Below, in pieces: positions 38,278 through 48,930 of a stretch of 64,000 nucleotides of DNA. This stretch comes from an uncultured Gammaproteobacteria bacterium (lineage in GTDB: Bacteria; Patescibacteriota; Microgenomatia; UBA10105; UBA927). The notes beneath the pieces were generated by a model, which was given only the letters and a program-made list of their open reading frames with translations, was not told the origin of the DNA and did no database searches. The stretch spans positions 84,373-148,372 of the forward strand of contig CAZSTG010000002.1 of the NCBI GenBank assembly GCA_964609895.1, given 5' to 3'. Made by a program: the position numbers and the translations under genes. How positions within the stretch are numbered: position 1 is the stretch's first letter; each line of letters begins with the position of its first letter.

Positions 38278-39717
38278 ATGTCTTTTTACCGAACGTATAG
38301 ACCGCAGCTGATTGATGAAATTGACAACGTTCATGTACGGGAACAGGTAATTTCACTGCTTCAGAAAGATGTTTCTGAACTTCCGCACGCATATCTTCTC
38401 ACGGGACCAAAAGGTGCCGGCAAAACGACGACAGCACGGATACTGGCTAAATTGTATAACTGCGAACACCGTTCTAAAAAAAGCGGTCCGTGTGGTTCGT
38501 GCCACATGTGTACATCTATTGCGGAAGGAACGAACATGGATGTTTTGGAAATTGACGCGGCATCCAACCGCGGCATTGACGAGATCAGAGAACTTCGTGA
38601 TCGCATTGCTCTTGCTTCCATCGGCGGCGGGTACAAGATATATATCATTGATGAGGTGCACATGTTGACGACGGAGGCATTCAATGCGCTGTTAAAGACA
38701 CTGGAGGAACCGCCAAAACATGCCGTGTTCATCCTCGCCACAACGGACATACAAAAAGTTCCGGCGACAATCAAATCCCGCTGCATCTCCATTGTGTTTC
38801 AAAAAGCGACTGACGCGGAGCTTCTCAGTGCACTTAAAAAAATTGTCACAGCGGAGAAAATGAATATTACGGATGATGCCCTGCGGTTTATTGCAAGTGA
38901 AGCAGACGGGGCATTTCGGGACGCAGTGAAGTTTTTGGAACAAGTGAGCTTTTCCAAAGGCAACATTACGATTGATACGATTACCGATTTGTTTGCCTCG
39001 GCAGGCGATACAGTGTGTGTCCGGTTTTTGGAAGCATTGACAGCAAAGGACGAAAAACAGGCATTTGCGGTTATCGAACATCTTACATCGGAAGCAAAAG
39101 ACGTCCGTGGATTCATTACCGACGTGTTGCGCATATTACAGGGACATCTTGTGGCAATCGGGAAAGGGGAACGTGTTGCAGGATGGGACAAAGCGGCTGT
39201 GCAGCGTGCGTCACGTTGTTTTATAGATGCCTATGGTTTGTTGAAGCATTCTCCCATCGCCGAACTTCCCTTGGAGCTTGCAGTACTGGAATTTTTTGGA
39301 GGGCGCGCAACCGACGAGTCTCAGCCATCCGTGCCGACCGCCGTTGTTCATGGAACACCACAGCCGAAACCGGTAGTAGGAAGGCATGTAGGGACAGACA
39401 CATCGTCTTCCGTTTCTGCAGCGCGTGAAACGGAAACGCCTGTTAAGCAGATTGACGAATCATTCACGGTGGAAAAATTACTGGAATATTGGAAAGATAT
39501 TATTGAAGCGTTAAAGCCGTTTAATCATTCTGTTGCCGGTGTGATGCGATCTGCGCGTCCTCGGGAAATTCGTGACGACACGCTTATTATCGAGACGCAG
39601 TACAAATTTCATCAGGAACGCTTGTCAGAAGTGAAGGTCCGTGATATGTTGTCTACGGTGCTGAAAAAACTGTTCGGTGTACAGGTAAAAGTCGAAGTCG
39701 TATTAACAGAAAAATAA
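38278..39717 (+). CDS. dnaX: DNA polymerase III subunit gamma/tau (short)
   Basis: YRPQ..LLTGPKGAGKTTTARILAK, a CxxC Zn module, and a DEVHML box. Confidence 0.9.
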   Translation: MSFYRTYRPQLIDEIDNVHVREQVISLLQKDVSELPHAYLLTGPKGAGKTTTARILAKLYNCEHRSKKSGPCGSCHMCTSIAEGTNMDVLEIDAASNRGIDEIRELRDRIALASIGGGYKIYIIDEVHMLTTEAFNALLKTLEEPPKHAVFILATTDIQKVPATIKSRCISIVFQKATDAELLSALKKIVTAEKMNITDDALRFIASEADGAFRDAVKFLEQVSFSKGNITIDTITDLFASAGDTVCVRFLEALTAKDEKQAFAVIEHLTSEAKDVRGFITDVLRILQGHLVAIGKGERVAGWDKAAVQRASRCFIDAYGLLKHSPIAELPLELAVLEFFGGRATDESQPSVPTAVVHGTPQPKPVVGRHVGTDTSSSVSAARETETPVKQIDESFTVEKLLEYWKDIIEALKPFNHSVAGVMRSARPREIRDDTLIIETQYKFHQERLSEVKVRDMLSTVLKKLFGVQVKVEVVLTEK

Positions 39718-39785
39718 AGGGGATTTCAAGTGCTATTTTGATAAACGAGTAGCGTTTATTATGTAGTAGTTGAAATTGAATTTTT

Positions 39786-40046
39786 ATGTTTAATCCATTT
39801 AAACAGTTGGGCGATATAAATGAAATGAGAAAATCCGCTATGGCAATTCAAAAAGTACTTGCCGGTATGACATTCACCGCAAAAGAAGGCGATGTTGAAA
39901 TTACCATGAACGGAAATCAGGAAGTGCAGTCCGTGATGGTTGCCGGAGTGCCCAATGAATCCATCAAAAGAGCTATCGGTAACGTTATCAAACAGTCACA
40001 ACAGGCAGCAGCAGGGCAACTCGCACAAATGCAAAAGGGCATGTAA
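39786..40046 (+). CDS. ybaB: YbaB/EbfC nucleoid-associated protein
   Basis: 86 aa, downstream of dnaX as usual. Central GDVEITMNGNQEV motif. Confidence 0.8.
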   Translation: MFNPFKQLGDINEMRKSAMAIQKVLAGMTFTAKEGDVEITMNGNQEVQSVMVAGVPNESIKRAIGNVIKQSQQAAAGQLAQMQKGM

Positions 40047-40051
40047 CCATC

Positions 40052-40993
40052 ATGGCAATTGTTGTAACAGGCAGCATTGGATACGACTTCATCATGGGGT
40101 TTCCGGGGAAGATTTCCGAGAGGATCATGCCGGACAAGATCCACACCATTTCTTTGTCACTCCTTGCAGATAAACTGCATAAGCAATTTGGTGGAACCGC
40201 AGGAAATATTGCATACTCACTGAAGTTATTGGACGTTGAACCGCTGGTTCAGACTTACGCTGGAAATGATTTTTCTGAGTATAAAGCATTTTGGAAAACC
40301 CAGAAGATACAGACAACATATATTGCCGTGGATACAAAAAATTCGAGCGGTACGTATTTTGTTGTGACTGATCAAGCTGATAATCAGATTGGCGCATATT
40401 ACAAAGGCGCATTAGTACATACGTCATTGCTTCATCTTGCACGTATTCACGAACCATTTGATTTTGTAGTGATTTCCGCCAATGAGCCAAAAGCGATGAC
40501 ACAGTATGTCAGGGAATGCATGGAACACAAGATTCCGTATATGTATGACCCGTCGTTTCAAATCGCCAGTTTTTCCAAAAAGGAACTGCATGACGGGGTG
40601 AGCCACGCATCGATTTTTATCGGCAATGATTATGAAATTTCACTTCTTGAAAAACGTCTTGAAATAACACATAAGGGTTTGCTTCGGCTTTGTCCTGTTG
40701 TCATTACCACACTCGGAGCAAAAGGATCGCGTATCGAGTCCGATACGAAACAGATGCTGATTCGTCCTGCAAAAGTAAAAGGTATAGTTGATCCGACCGG
40801 CGCGGGCGATGCATACAGATCAGGATTTTTGGCAGGGTTTATGAGACGTTTTGATTTGAGAACGTGTGGACAGATGGGGTCTGTTGCTGCTGCATATACA
40901 GTGGAGCTGTTCGGGACGCAGACACATTCATACACCAAAAAAGAATTTTGCACGCGGTACAAAAAAAATTATAAAAATAGACTCGTTCTGTAA
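40052..40993 (+). CDS. PfkB-family carbohydrate/nucleoside kinase (possibly adenosine kinase)
   Basis: [13 protein letters not shown] is the PfkB C-terminal motif, plus an N-terminal GG substrate motif. Adjacent to ahcY. Confidence 0.7.
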   Translation: MAIVVTGSIGYDFIMGFPGKISERIMPDKIHTISLSLLADKLHKQFGGTAGNIAYSLKLLDVEPLVQTYAGNDFSEYKAFWKTQKIQTTYIAVDTKNSSGTYFVVTDQADNQIGAYYKGALVHTSLLHLARIHEPFDFVVISANEPKAMTQYVRECMEHKIPYMYDPSFQIASFSKKELHDGVSHASIFIGNDYEISLLEKRLEITHKGLLRLCPVVITTLGAKGSRIESDTKQMLIRPAKVKGIVDPTGAGDAYRSGFLAGFMRRFDLRTCGQMGSVAAAYTVELFGTQTHSYTKKEFCTRYKKNYKNRLVL

Positions 40994-41007
40994 AGGAGAA
41001 TACTCGT

Positions 41008-42270
41008 ATGTCCAGATCAGGGGATGTCAAAAATATACAGCTTGCAGCAGGAGGAAAACTCCGCATCGAATGGGCGGGAAATTCCATGCCGGTATTAAAA
41101 CTGATTGAAAAACGGTTTGCCAAAGAGCAGCCGCTCAAGGGACTCGTGATTGCCGCATGTTTGCATGTGACAGCGGAAACAGCCAATTTGATGCTGGCAC
41201 TCAAGGCCGGAGGCGCAAATGTATATTTGTGCGCCAGTAATCCGCTGTCAACGCAAGATGATGTTGCAGCATCGCTCGTCAAAGATTTTCACATTCCGAC
41301 GTTTGCCATCAAAGGGGAGGATACGAAGACGTATTATTCCCATCTGCACGCGGTTTTGGATATGCATCCGAATATTACGATGGATGACGGAGCGGATTTG
41401 GTCTCGCTTCTGCATACAAAACGCAAAAGTCAGCTTTCTGAGATTATCGGGTCGAGTGAAGAAACAACAACAGGAGTGATACGTTTAAAAGCGATGATGA
41501 AAGATGCGGCACTCAAGATTCCTGTATTTGCGGTTAACGACAGCGATACCAAACACATGTTTGATAACAGGTACGGCACGGGACAGTCAACACTAGATGG
41601 CATCATGCGTGCAACGAACATGCTTCTTGCAGGAAAAACATTTGTCGTTGCAGGATATGGATGGTGCGGACGCGGACTTGCATCTCGTGCTCACGGATTG
41701 GGTGCACATGTCATCGTAACGGAAGTGGATTCGATTAAGGCACTCGAAGCAGTTATGGATGGTTACGCTGTTATGCCAATGGCAAAAGCTGCAAAAATTG
41801 GTGACATGTTTGTGACAGTGACGGGCGATAAAAATGTTGTTTCGCTTGACCACATGATGAGCATGAAAGACGGAGCAGTCATTGCAAACTCTGGACACTT
41901 TAACGTGGAAGTTGCAGTCGAAGCATTGCAGAAGAAAGCAAAATCTCATCGGATAGTTCGCACGTATGTCGAGGAATATACACTTGCAGATAAGACGAAA
42001 CGGTTTGTCCTCGCGGACGGTCGGCTTATCAATTTGTCAGCTGCTGAGGGACACCCTGCGGAAGTGATGGATATGAGCTTTGCCAATCAGGCACTCGCTG
42101 CTGAATTTTTTGCAAAAAATAAAAAGCAACTTGCTGTGAAGGTGTATACCATTTCAAAAGAAATGGACGGGGAAATTGCTAGACTCAAACTGAAATCCAT
42201 GGGAGTGCAATTTGATACGCTTACCAAGGAACAGGAAGCATACCTTGGAAGTTGGCAGGAAGGAACATGA
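41008..42270 (+). CDS. ahcY: adenosylhomocysteinase
   Basis: NAD-binding [10 protein letters not shown], and C-terminal [11 protein letters not shown]. Confidence 0.9.
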   Translation: MSRSGDVKNIQLAAGGKLRIEWAGNSMPVLKLIEKRFAKEQPLKGLVIAACLHVTAETANLMLALKAGGANVYLCASNPLSTQDDVAASLVKDFHIPTFAIKGEDTKTYYSHLHAVLDMHPNITMDDGADLVSLLHTKRKSQLSEIIGSSEETTTGVIRLKAMMKDAALKIPVFAVNDSDTKHMFDNRYGTGQSTLDGIMRATNMLLAGKTFVVAGYGWCGRGLASRAHGLGAHVIVTEVDSIKALEAVMDGYAVMPMAKAAKIGDMFVTVTGDKNVVSLDHMMSMKDGAVIANSGHFNVEVAVEALQKKAKSHRIVRTYVEEYTLADKTKRFVLADGRLINLSAAEGHPAEVMDMSFANQALAAEFFAKNKKQLAVKVYTISKEMDGEIARLKLKSMGVQFDTLTKEQEAYLGSWQEGT

Positions 42271-42345
42271 CATAACGATTATTTTTTGATGCGTATGAAT
42301 TCAGTCCTTGATTCCTTTGTGCTGAAGAAGGTATAACAAATATAT

Positions 42346-43260
42346 ATGAAAGACCATCTCCTGTTTTCCGGATCCAGTAATCAGGCGCTTGCCGCAAAAG
42401 TTGCGCGTCAGCTCAATATCCAACTTGGCGCTGTTGACCTTTCCCGTTTTGCCGACGGCGAGGTGCGTCCGTGGATACAGGAGGATGTGCGGGATAAAAC
42501 AGTGTTCGTGATGCAGTCGCTGTCAACACCTATGGATGCATATATTATGGAAATGGCGCTCATGGGGGACGCAATCAGAAGAAGTGCACCAAAAACCATG
42601 GTTGCCGTCATTCCATACCTCGGGTATTCAAGGCAGGACAAACAACACCGCATCGGCGAGCCGATATCCGCCCGCGTTATTGCAAAATTCATTGAGGTTT
42701 CAAAATTCAAAGAAGTGATTGTCGTAGATCTGCACAATGACGCGATTGTCGGATTTTTTCAAATTCCGGTGACGCACGTGAGTGCGATGCCCATATTGGT
42801 TGATGCGATCAAAAAACTGCAATTGAAGAATCCTGTTGTCGTGTCTCCTGATGTCGGAGGAGTCAGACGGGCAAGAAACTTTGCATATCAGATGGATGCA
42901 GATCTTGTCGTCATGGAGAAAAAACGTTTTATCGACCGTCATGACCAGAGTGAGAATTTTCAGATTATCGGGGATGTGAAAGGAAGAACAGCAATTATCC
43001 ATGATGATATGATTTCCACAGGAGGCACGATTATCCACAGCGCGGCAGCGCTTCGGGAGGCGGGCGCAACGTCAGTTGTCGTTTGCGCCTCACATGCGGT
43101 TCTTTCCGGTGATGCAAAAAGCAATTTGGAAAAAGCTCAAATTGATCAACTGATTTTGACTGATACTATTATCGATTCCGAAGATCGGTTGCCAAAAGGA
43201 ACGACCATTGTTTCGGTTGCGCCGGTTATTGCGGACGCCATCTCGACTATTATTCGGTAA
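42346..43260 (+). CDS. prs: ribose-phosphate pyrophosphokinase
   Basis: LFSGSSNQALAAKVA, and PRPP-binding loop DDMISTGGT. Confidence 0.9.
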   Translation: MKDHLLFSGSSNQALAAKVARQLNIQLGAVDLSRFADGEVRPWIQEDVRDKTVFVMQSLSTPMDAYIMEMALMGDAIRRSAPKTMVAVIPYLGYSRQDKQHRIGEPISARVIAKFIEVSKFKEVIVVDLHNDAIVGFFQIPVTHVSAMPILVDAIKKLQLKNPVVVSPDVGGVRRARNFAYQMDADLVVMEKKRFIDRHDQSENFQIIGDVKGRTAIIHDDMISTGGTIIHSAAALREAGATSVVVCASHAVLSGDAKSNLEKAQIDQLILTDTIIDSEDRLPKGTTIVSVAPVIADAISTIIR

Positions 43261-43270
43261 CATAACGGTT

Positions 43271-43876
43271 ATGACTATTCTTCCCAAATCAGTTACGCGC
43301 GTTGTCGAATCGTTTGAACGACTTCCGGGGATCGGGCCAAAGACGGCGACTCGGCTTGCATTTTATCTTCTGCATGTACCGGAAGAGGAGATTCAGCGTT
43401 TTGCAGATTCCCTGACAGGACTTAAATCCCACACAGTGCTTTGCGGCGTGTGTAAAAACGTGACGGAGCAAGATCCTTGTTCCGTGTGTAGCGATCCACG
43501 TCGGGATCACGCTACAATTTGTCTTGTGGAACAGCCGACCGATGTGTTGTCCATTGAACGGACGGGTGCATTTCATGGAGTGTACCATGTACTTCATGGA
43601 TCAATTGATCCGTTAAATAATATCGGACCGGATGAAATATATATCGCTGATTTATTGAAACGGATTAAAAATCAAACCGAACCAATTACAGAAATCATTT
43701 TTGCCATGAACCCGACGATGGAAGGGGAGGCAACCGCGATGTATATTCAAAAACAACTTGCGGGAACAAAGATAAAAATAACACGACTGGCTCACGGAAT
43801 ACCCATCGGCGGCGACATCGAATATGCAGACGAAGTCACTCTCAAGCGCGCGCTCGAAGGCAGGCGGGAGTATTGA
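43271..43876 (+). CDS. recR: recombination protein RecR
   Basis: LPGIGPKTATRLAF (HhH), CGVCKN..CSVC zinc finger, and a Toprim domain. Confidence 0.9.
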   Translation: MTILPKSVTRVVESFERLPGIGPKTATRLAFYLLHVPEEEIQRFADSLTGLKSHTVLCGVCKNVTEQDPCSVCSDPRRDHATICLVEQPTDVLSIERTGAFHGVYHVLHGSIDPLNNIGPDEIYIADLLKRIKNQTEPITEIIFAMNPTMEGEATAMYIQKQLAGTKIKITRLAHGIPIGGDIEYADEVTLKRALEGRREY

Positions 43877-43892
43877 TTTTTTCCAAAAAAAA

Positions 43893-43951
43893 GCGTCAAG
43901 GTGGTACAAATAACACGAATAGTGTCATTCCTGTTTGTCCTTGACGCTTAA
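43893..43951. terminator. long-loop hairpin (11-bp stem AAGCGTCAAGG/CCTTGACGCTT, 37-nt loop) between recR and the convergent small gene
   Basis: Read directly. Preceded by an A-run but with no clean T-run, so it is atypical for an intrinsic terminator. Confidence 0.35.
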
Positions 43952-43987
43952 TTATCCTTCATATACTGTTTTGATTGTTCTATTCTA

Positions 43988-44375
43988 CGAGATGGCTGGG
44001 GGATAATACTGTTTAAATATCTTTTTCGCTTTTTGTTTTTATTATCTGACCGCCGCGATTGATCCTCAAAGCAATGTGTGGATTCATTTTTGACCCAACG
44101 ACAACATGACATCGCTTGGCGTGATAAATATTATGGTCAGCGAGTGCGATAAACGCCTCGTTGACAGTGAATCCGAGTCGTATCGCAGCTTCAATTTCTG
44201 CCTCTCTTCTTCCTTGGTTTTTCCAATCGATTACTATCATATCTCTGTAACCAATGGTGGCTTGCTTTACCTGATTTTTTTCGTTTAAAACGATGCCTGT
44301 GAGCATCCGGTATTGTCCGTACTTAGCCATTATTTGTCTCCCTTATACAGTGTGATTTTTGAGAGCCATCTCGTA
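43988..44375. repeat. 12-bp perfect inverted repeats (TACGAGATGGCT / AGCCATCTCGTA) flanking a single small gene
   Basis: Left copy 43988-43999 and right copy 44364-44375 bracket CDS 44013..44330. Confidence 0.6.
44013..44330 (-). CDS. hypothetical protein (105 aa), only minus-strand gene in a long plus-strand run
   Basis: MAKYGQYRMLTGIVLNE..., no recognisable domain. Flanked by the inverted repeats above. Confidence 0.45.
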   Translation of the reverse strand: MAKYGQYRMLTGIVLNEKNQVKQATIGYRDMIVIDWKNQGRREAEIEAAIRLGFTVNEAFIALADHNIYHAKRCHVVVGSKMNPHIALRINRGGQIIKTKSEKDI

Positions 44376-44392
44376 CCCTAAAAAAAGATTCC

Positions 44393-44437
44393 TCTAGGGA
44401 GGTCTAGATCTCATATTGAGATCCACACACCCCTAGA
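44393..44437. promoter_or_regulatory. nested palindromes (outer TCTAGGG/CCCTAGA; inner GATCTCA-tat-TGAGATC) upstream of the DUF59 gene
   Basis: Read directly. A further pair GCTTCAAA...TTTGAAGC enclosing CCTCGCttGCGAGG lies at about 44480-44535. Confidence 0.35.
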
Positions 44438-44592
44438 AGAAGTTCTTTGGTAGTATATGTTGGAAAAGAGCCCAAATAGCTTCAAAACAACCCTCGCTTG
44501 CGAGGTGAAATTCAAGGCTATTTGAAGCAAAAAGTATACCATTTTTGGTTTTATTTGTCAATCACTATAGGACAATTGCGGTGTGTCGTAAA

Positions 44593-44913
44593 ATGGGCGA
44601 TAATATGAGCCGTATGACAGATATCAGACTACAAGTGGAAAAAGTTCTTAAGGAAATCATGGATCCGGAACTGAACATTAGTTTGTGGGATCTTGGTCTT
44701 ATTTATGACCTCACTATTAAAAACGGTCAGGTGGAAGTCGTGATGACCCTCACGTCTGTGGGCTGCCCTTTGTTTGGCACGATTCAGGGAGACATTGAAG
44801 AACAAATTGGGAAGATTAAAGGCGTGAAACATGTTTCCGTTGAACTGACGTTTGAACCGCCATGGTCCATGGATCGCATGAGCGAAGATGCGCGTGCACT
44901 GTTAGGTTTTTAA
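44593..44913 (+). CDS. DUF59/MIP18-family Fe-S cluster assembly protein (SufT-like)
   Basis: DPELNISLWDLGLIYDL and LTSVGCP motifs. Start is ambiguous (ATG at 44593 or 44605). Confidence 0.7.
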   Translation: MGDNMSRMTDIRLQVEKVLKEIMDPELNISLWDLGLIYDLTIKNGQVEVVMTLTSVGCPLFGTIQGDIEEQIGKIKGVKHVSVELTFEPPWSMDRMSEDARALLGF

Positions 44914-44938
44914 CTTCGATCCTTGGTATACTAATTCT

Positions 44939-45418
44939 ATGGCACCGCCAAAAGTACGACCTCCAATGCTTGGTTCATTTGAAGACATCGGAAAAGATGT
45001 AGTCAAACAGACTGTACAAGCACCAGTGGACATTGCGGGGAAAGTTTTGGAAAGCCTGACCGGGGGGTCTTCTGTTAAAGGACAAAAACAAGCGCAGCAG
45101 ATAAGCACGGAATCTCACACCCAAAAGCCTGATGGTGCACTTGGCCAAATGGAGGAGACAAACGACATAAAAGTGAAAAAAGCCATTGCAAGAGCCGCTC
45201 TGGAACAGCTTGCTGGGCATACGGAGCAGAAACCATCTTCAGTATTTGAGGAAAAGAAAAAGGAAGAACAGCAAAAGAAACAGGCAGAGGAAGAACAGGC
45301 AAAAAAAGCGGCACTTGCTGAAGTGCCGAAGATGTCCTCCAAAAAGCGCAGGGGCGACCTCTACGGCATCAAAGGGAAGAGCTCGACAGAGATGAGCAAA
45401 AATGTCCGTCAGGACTAA
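44939..45418 (+). CDS. hypothetical low-complexity charged protein
   Basis: 159 aa, rich in K/E/Q/A, likely disordered. Confidence 0.4.
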   Translation: MAPPKVRPPMLGSFEDIGKDVVKQTVQAPVDIAGKVLESLTGGSSVKGQKQAQQISTESHTQKPDGALGQMEETNDIKVKKAIARAALEQLAGHTEQKPSSVFEEKKKEEQQKKQAEEEQAKKAALAEVPKMSSKKRRGDLYGIKGKSSTEMSKNVRQD

Positions 45419-45517
45419 AATGGAATAGGGAATCTGGAATAAAGAATAGAGAATGTAGAATGAGGAAGTGTGGTATCATGGACTCGTTCATTCTAGATTC
45501 CATATTCAAGTAATTAT

Positions 45518-46939
45518 ATGACAATCCAACTATTCAACACACTATCCCGAAAGAAAGAACCGTTTCAGCCGCTTACGTCGGGTGAAGTCCTGTTTTATCA
45601 CTGCGGTCCGACGGTTTATTGGACACAGCATATTGGCAATCTTCGCGGTATGACCATGGGAGATTTAGTGCGTCGGGTGTTGGAATATGTCGGCTATGAG
45701 GTGAAACACGTCAGAAATTACACCGATGTCGGGCATCTGACGTCTGACAGCGATACGGGTGAGGATAAAATGGAAAAGGGCGCAAAACGCGAAGGAAAAA
45801 CGCCGGACGAAATTGCGAAGTTTTATATTGATCAGTTTGAAACAGATACTAAGAAACTGCATCTTCTTGAGCCGACGGAAAAACCCCGTGCAACTGCGTA
45901 TATTCAGGATATGATTGCACTTGTTTCCGTGCTCCTTGAAAAGGGATACGCATATGCAACAGATCTTGCAGTTTATTTCGATATTACAAAATTCCCAAAC
46001 TATACAGAACTGTCCCATCAGCAGATGGACAAACTCATGGAAGGAGCGGGGAAGGCGGAAGTGTCAGATCCAAGAAAAAAACACGCCGCGGATTTTGTTT
46101 TATGGTTTTTTACGGCTGGAGTGCATACCAATGCCCTGCAGCACTGGAAATCTCCATTTCAGTCGCTCTTGGTAAAAGACGGTGACGGATTTCCAGGATG
46201 GCATTTGGAGTGCAGTGCGATGACGAAAGCACTTTTAGGTGATACGATCGATATCCACATGGGGGGCGTTGAACATATTCCCGTGCATCACACCAATGAA
46301 ATTGCGCAGAGCGAAGCGGCAAATGGGGTGAAGTTTGTGAACTATTGGCTGCACAATGAACATCTCTTAGTGAATGATAAGAAGATGGCAAAATCGGAAG
46401 GGACAGGATTTTCCTTGTCAGAGATTATTGATCGCGGTTATGATCCCTTGGTTTTACGGTATTTCTTTTTGCAGTCACATTATCGGTCAAAACAAAATTT
46501 TACATGGGAAGCACTGGATGGTGCAAAAACCGCGCTTTCCACGCTTCGTGCTTTTGTCACGTCGTGGACAACCAATGAAACAGCACATGGAAAGATCAGT
46601 GAAGCAGGCACGTCATACAAAACAAAATTTACTGAAGCAATTTCCGATGATCTAAATATTCCAAAAGCATTGGGTGTGGTGTGGGATATGACAAAAGCAG
46701 ATATTGTGAGTGCGGAGAAATTGTCATTGCTTTTCGATTTTGACAGAGTATTAGGGCTGATGCTTTCGGATTGGAAAGCGGAAGAAATTCCTAATGATAT
46801 TCTATTACTAGCAAAGCAAAGAGATGATTTTCGGGAGCAACGGAACTATGCAGCATCTGATATTATCCGAGATCGAATTGTTGCCGGAGGATACAGTATT
46901 GAGGATTCATCATCTGGAACTGTTGTAAAAAGAAAATAA
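45518..46939 (+). CDS. cysS: cysteinyl-tRNA synthetase
   Basis: HCGPTVYWTQHIGN (HIGH), KMAKSEG (KMSKS), and zinc ligands. Confidence 0.9.
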   Translation: MTIQLFNTLSRKKEPFQPLTSGEVLFYHCGPTVYWTQHIGNLRGMTMGDLVRRVLEYVGYEVKHVRNYTDVGHLTSDSDTGEDKMEKGAKREGKTPDEIAKFYIDQFETDTKKLHLLEPTEKPRATAYIQDMIALVSVLLEKGYAYATDLAVYFDITKFPNYTELSHQQMDKLMEGAGKAEVSDPRKKHAADFVLWFFTAGVHTNALQHWKSPFQSLLVKDGDGFPGWHLECSAMTKALLGDTIDIHMGGVEHIPVHHTNEIAQSEAANGVKFVNYWLHNEHLLVNDKKMAKSEGTGFSLSEIIDRGYDPLVLRYFFLQSHYRSKQNFTWEALDGAKTALSTLRAFVTSWTTNETAHGKISEAGTSYKTKFTEAISDDLNIPKALGVVWDMTKADIVSAEKLSLLFDFDRVLGLMLSDWKAEEIPNDILLLAKQRDDFREQRNYAASDIIRDRIVAGGYSIEDSSSGTVVKRK

Positions 46940-46941
46940 TT

Positions 46942-47325
46942 CTACCTCTTTTTTATTTCTTTTGCCGTGAGTGTGTGTGATTCAATGTTTAGGGTTACAG
47001 GTTCAATCACAATTTTGATTTTTGTTCCTGATACCAGCGCATTACTATTGGTAGTCGTTGGAAACGTTACATTCCAGCTTCCCATATTTTTTTCCGGACT
47101 GCTCATGAAGGTCAGCTGATCCACCGTCATTGTTCCATCTTCTTCGAGTTCGTTGACAACAGCAGTGGCGGAAATACCACTGGTTGCACTTGCGCGGGAG
47201 CGAATGTCTGTGGAAACCCTGTTTTTGTTGATAATTCCGGTAAGAATGATTCCTGTAATAATAAATGCGACCGTACTGACGAGATAGAGCGTGGTGTTAT
47301 CTTTCTTTTTTGTGTCTGATGTCAT
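46942..47325 (-). CDS. hypothetical membrane-anchored protein
   Basis: 127 aa with an N-terminal TM. Convergent with cysS. Confidence 0.4.
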   Translation of the reverse strand: MTSDTKKKDNTTLYLVSTVAFIITGIILTGIINKNRVSTDIRSRASATSGISATAVVNELEEDGTMTVDQLTFMSSPEKNMGSWNVTFPTTTNSNALVSGTKIKIVIEPVTLNIESHTLTAKEIKKR

Positions 47326-47481
47326 ACGTTCCTCACCGATATTGTTTCATGCAGGACAGCACTGTGTCAATGGATCGGGGATATGAGTCAGGTATGTATG
47401 TATTTGGTCGGCAAAACGGTATATACTCAGATATATATTATTTTTCAAAATACGCCGGTAATTTTATGGCAACGTATAGCT

Positions 47482-48894
47482 ATGAAAAAATATACTAAAA
47501 TTGTTGCAACAATAGGTCCGACATCAGATACTCGTTCAGGCATTACCTCGCTTATAAAAGCGGGGGTAAATGTGTTTCGGTTTAATATGAAACACAACAC
47601 CATTGACTGGCATGAAGAACGGATCAGTCTGGTTAAATCCATTGCCGAAGAACTCCATACGCCGGTCGGCGTTCTCATTGATCTGCAGGGGCCGGAAATC
47701 CGTTTGGAGACACCGGAGAAACAGCCGATTATCCTCAAAAAAGGTGATCGGTATCCTGTGACCTCTTCCGTAATTCCAGGAGTAAAATCCATTTGTGTCC
47801 CGCATGCAGCCGTATTTTCCGAGTTACACGTCGGCGATGCATTTCTTATTGACGACGGGTTTATTGAAGCGACCATTGTTGATGTCAACAAAGAAGGTTT
47901 TATTATTGAGTTGCAGGAAGATGCGGTCATTAAACACCGGAAAGGTGTGAATCTGCCGGGGAAACATATTGATCTGCCGTCTCTGATCAGTGATGATTTG
48001 TTAAAACTTGATATGGCAGCAAAAAGTAACGTGGATTTTGTGGCGCTGTCATTTACGAGGACAAAAAAAGATGTTGACATACTCCGTGAGGAAATGAAAA
48101 AACGTCATGTTGATGCCCTCATTATTGCAAAAATTGAAAGTCAGCCAGCCCTTGATCATCTGAATGAAATTATCACTGCCGCAGACGGCATTATGGTTGC
48201 CCGCGGAGACTTAGGCATTGAGACACCGATCGAACGACTTGCCTATGAACAAAAACAGATGATCATGGAATGCAGGAGACAGCGGAAACCGGTGATTGTG
48301 GCAACACAAATGCTGCAATCCATGTGCGAGAATCCGCGTCCGACGCGGGCAGAGGCCACGGATGTCGCCAATGCCGTGTATGATCTGACGGATGCCACCA
48401 TGCTTTCTCAGGAGTCCGCATCGGGATCCTTCCCTGAAAAATCCGTTGCAACCATGGCGCGTATTCTTGCATGGAATGAAAAACATACTGTTCCTTCATG
48501 GATTGATCCGGTTGAGGAAAAAACAACGGATATCATTGTGCACGCGATGTTACCGATTGTTGCCGACACAAAAAAGCACACAGTTGATGCGGTTGTTGTC
48601 CTGACGGAGACGGGGTATACGGCACGATGTGTTGCAGGTACGAGACCGGGAGTGCCAATCATCGCAGTATCAGACAATGAAAAAACAATTGAAGCGCTGA
48701 CGTTGTCATATGGAGTGACACCAGTATATATGCGGTTTCCGCTGACAGGCACAATTACCACCACCAGTGCTGTTTTATCTGAACTGAAGAAAATGGAATT
48801 TGTGAAGGAAGGAAACAAAGTTATTCTAATTCATGGATCAACATGGAAAAAACCTGGACTTACCAACACTGTGACTCTTGTTGAAGTATCCTGA
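47482..48894 (+). CDS. pyk: pyruvate kinase
   Basis: MKKYTKIVATIGP, MVARGDLG, and the barrel/C-terminal domains. ORF 47383..48894 trimmed to Met 34. Confidence 0.9.
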   Translation: MKKYTKIVATIGPTSDTRSGITSLIKAGVNVFRFNMKHNTIDWHEERISLVKSIAEELHTPVGVLIDLQGPEIRLETPEKQPIILKKGDRYPVTSSVIPGVKSICVPHAAVFSELHVGDAFLIDDGFIEATIVDVNKEGFIIELQEDAVIKHRKGVNLPGKHIDLPSLISDDLLKLDMAAKSNVDFVALSFTRTKKDVDILREEMKKRHVDALIIAKIESQPALDHLNEIITAADGIMVARGDLGIETPIERLAYEQKQMIMECRRQRKPVIVATQMLQSMCENPRPTRAEATDVANAVYDLTDATMLSQESASGSFPEKSVATMARILAWNEKHTVPSWIDPVEEKTTDIIVHAMLPIVADTKKHTVDAVVVLTETGYTARCVAGTRPGVPIIAVSDNEKTIEALTLSYGVTPVYMRFPLTGTITTTSAVLSELKKMEFVKEGNKVILIHGSTWKKPGLTNTVTLVEVS

Positions 48895-48930
48895 AACAGG
48901 ATATGATGGAATCAAGGAGAAAATCTCATC

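Noticed and set aside
47445-48080. 211-aa minus-strand ORF
   Set aside because: Antisense to pyruvate kinase. Similar antisense ORFs within dprA, the acyl-CoA synthetase (49929..50600) and other genes are rejected for the same reason.
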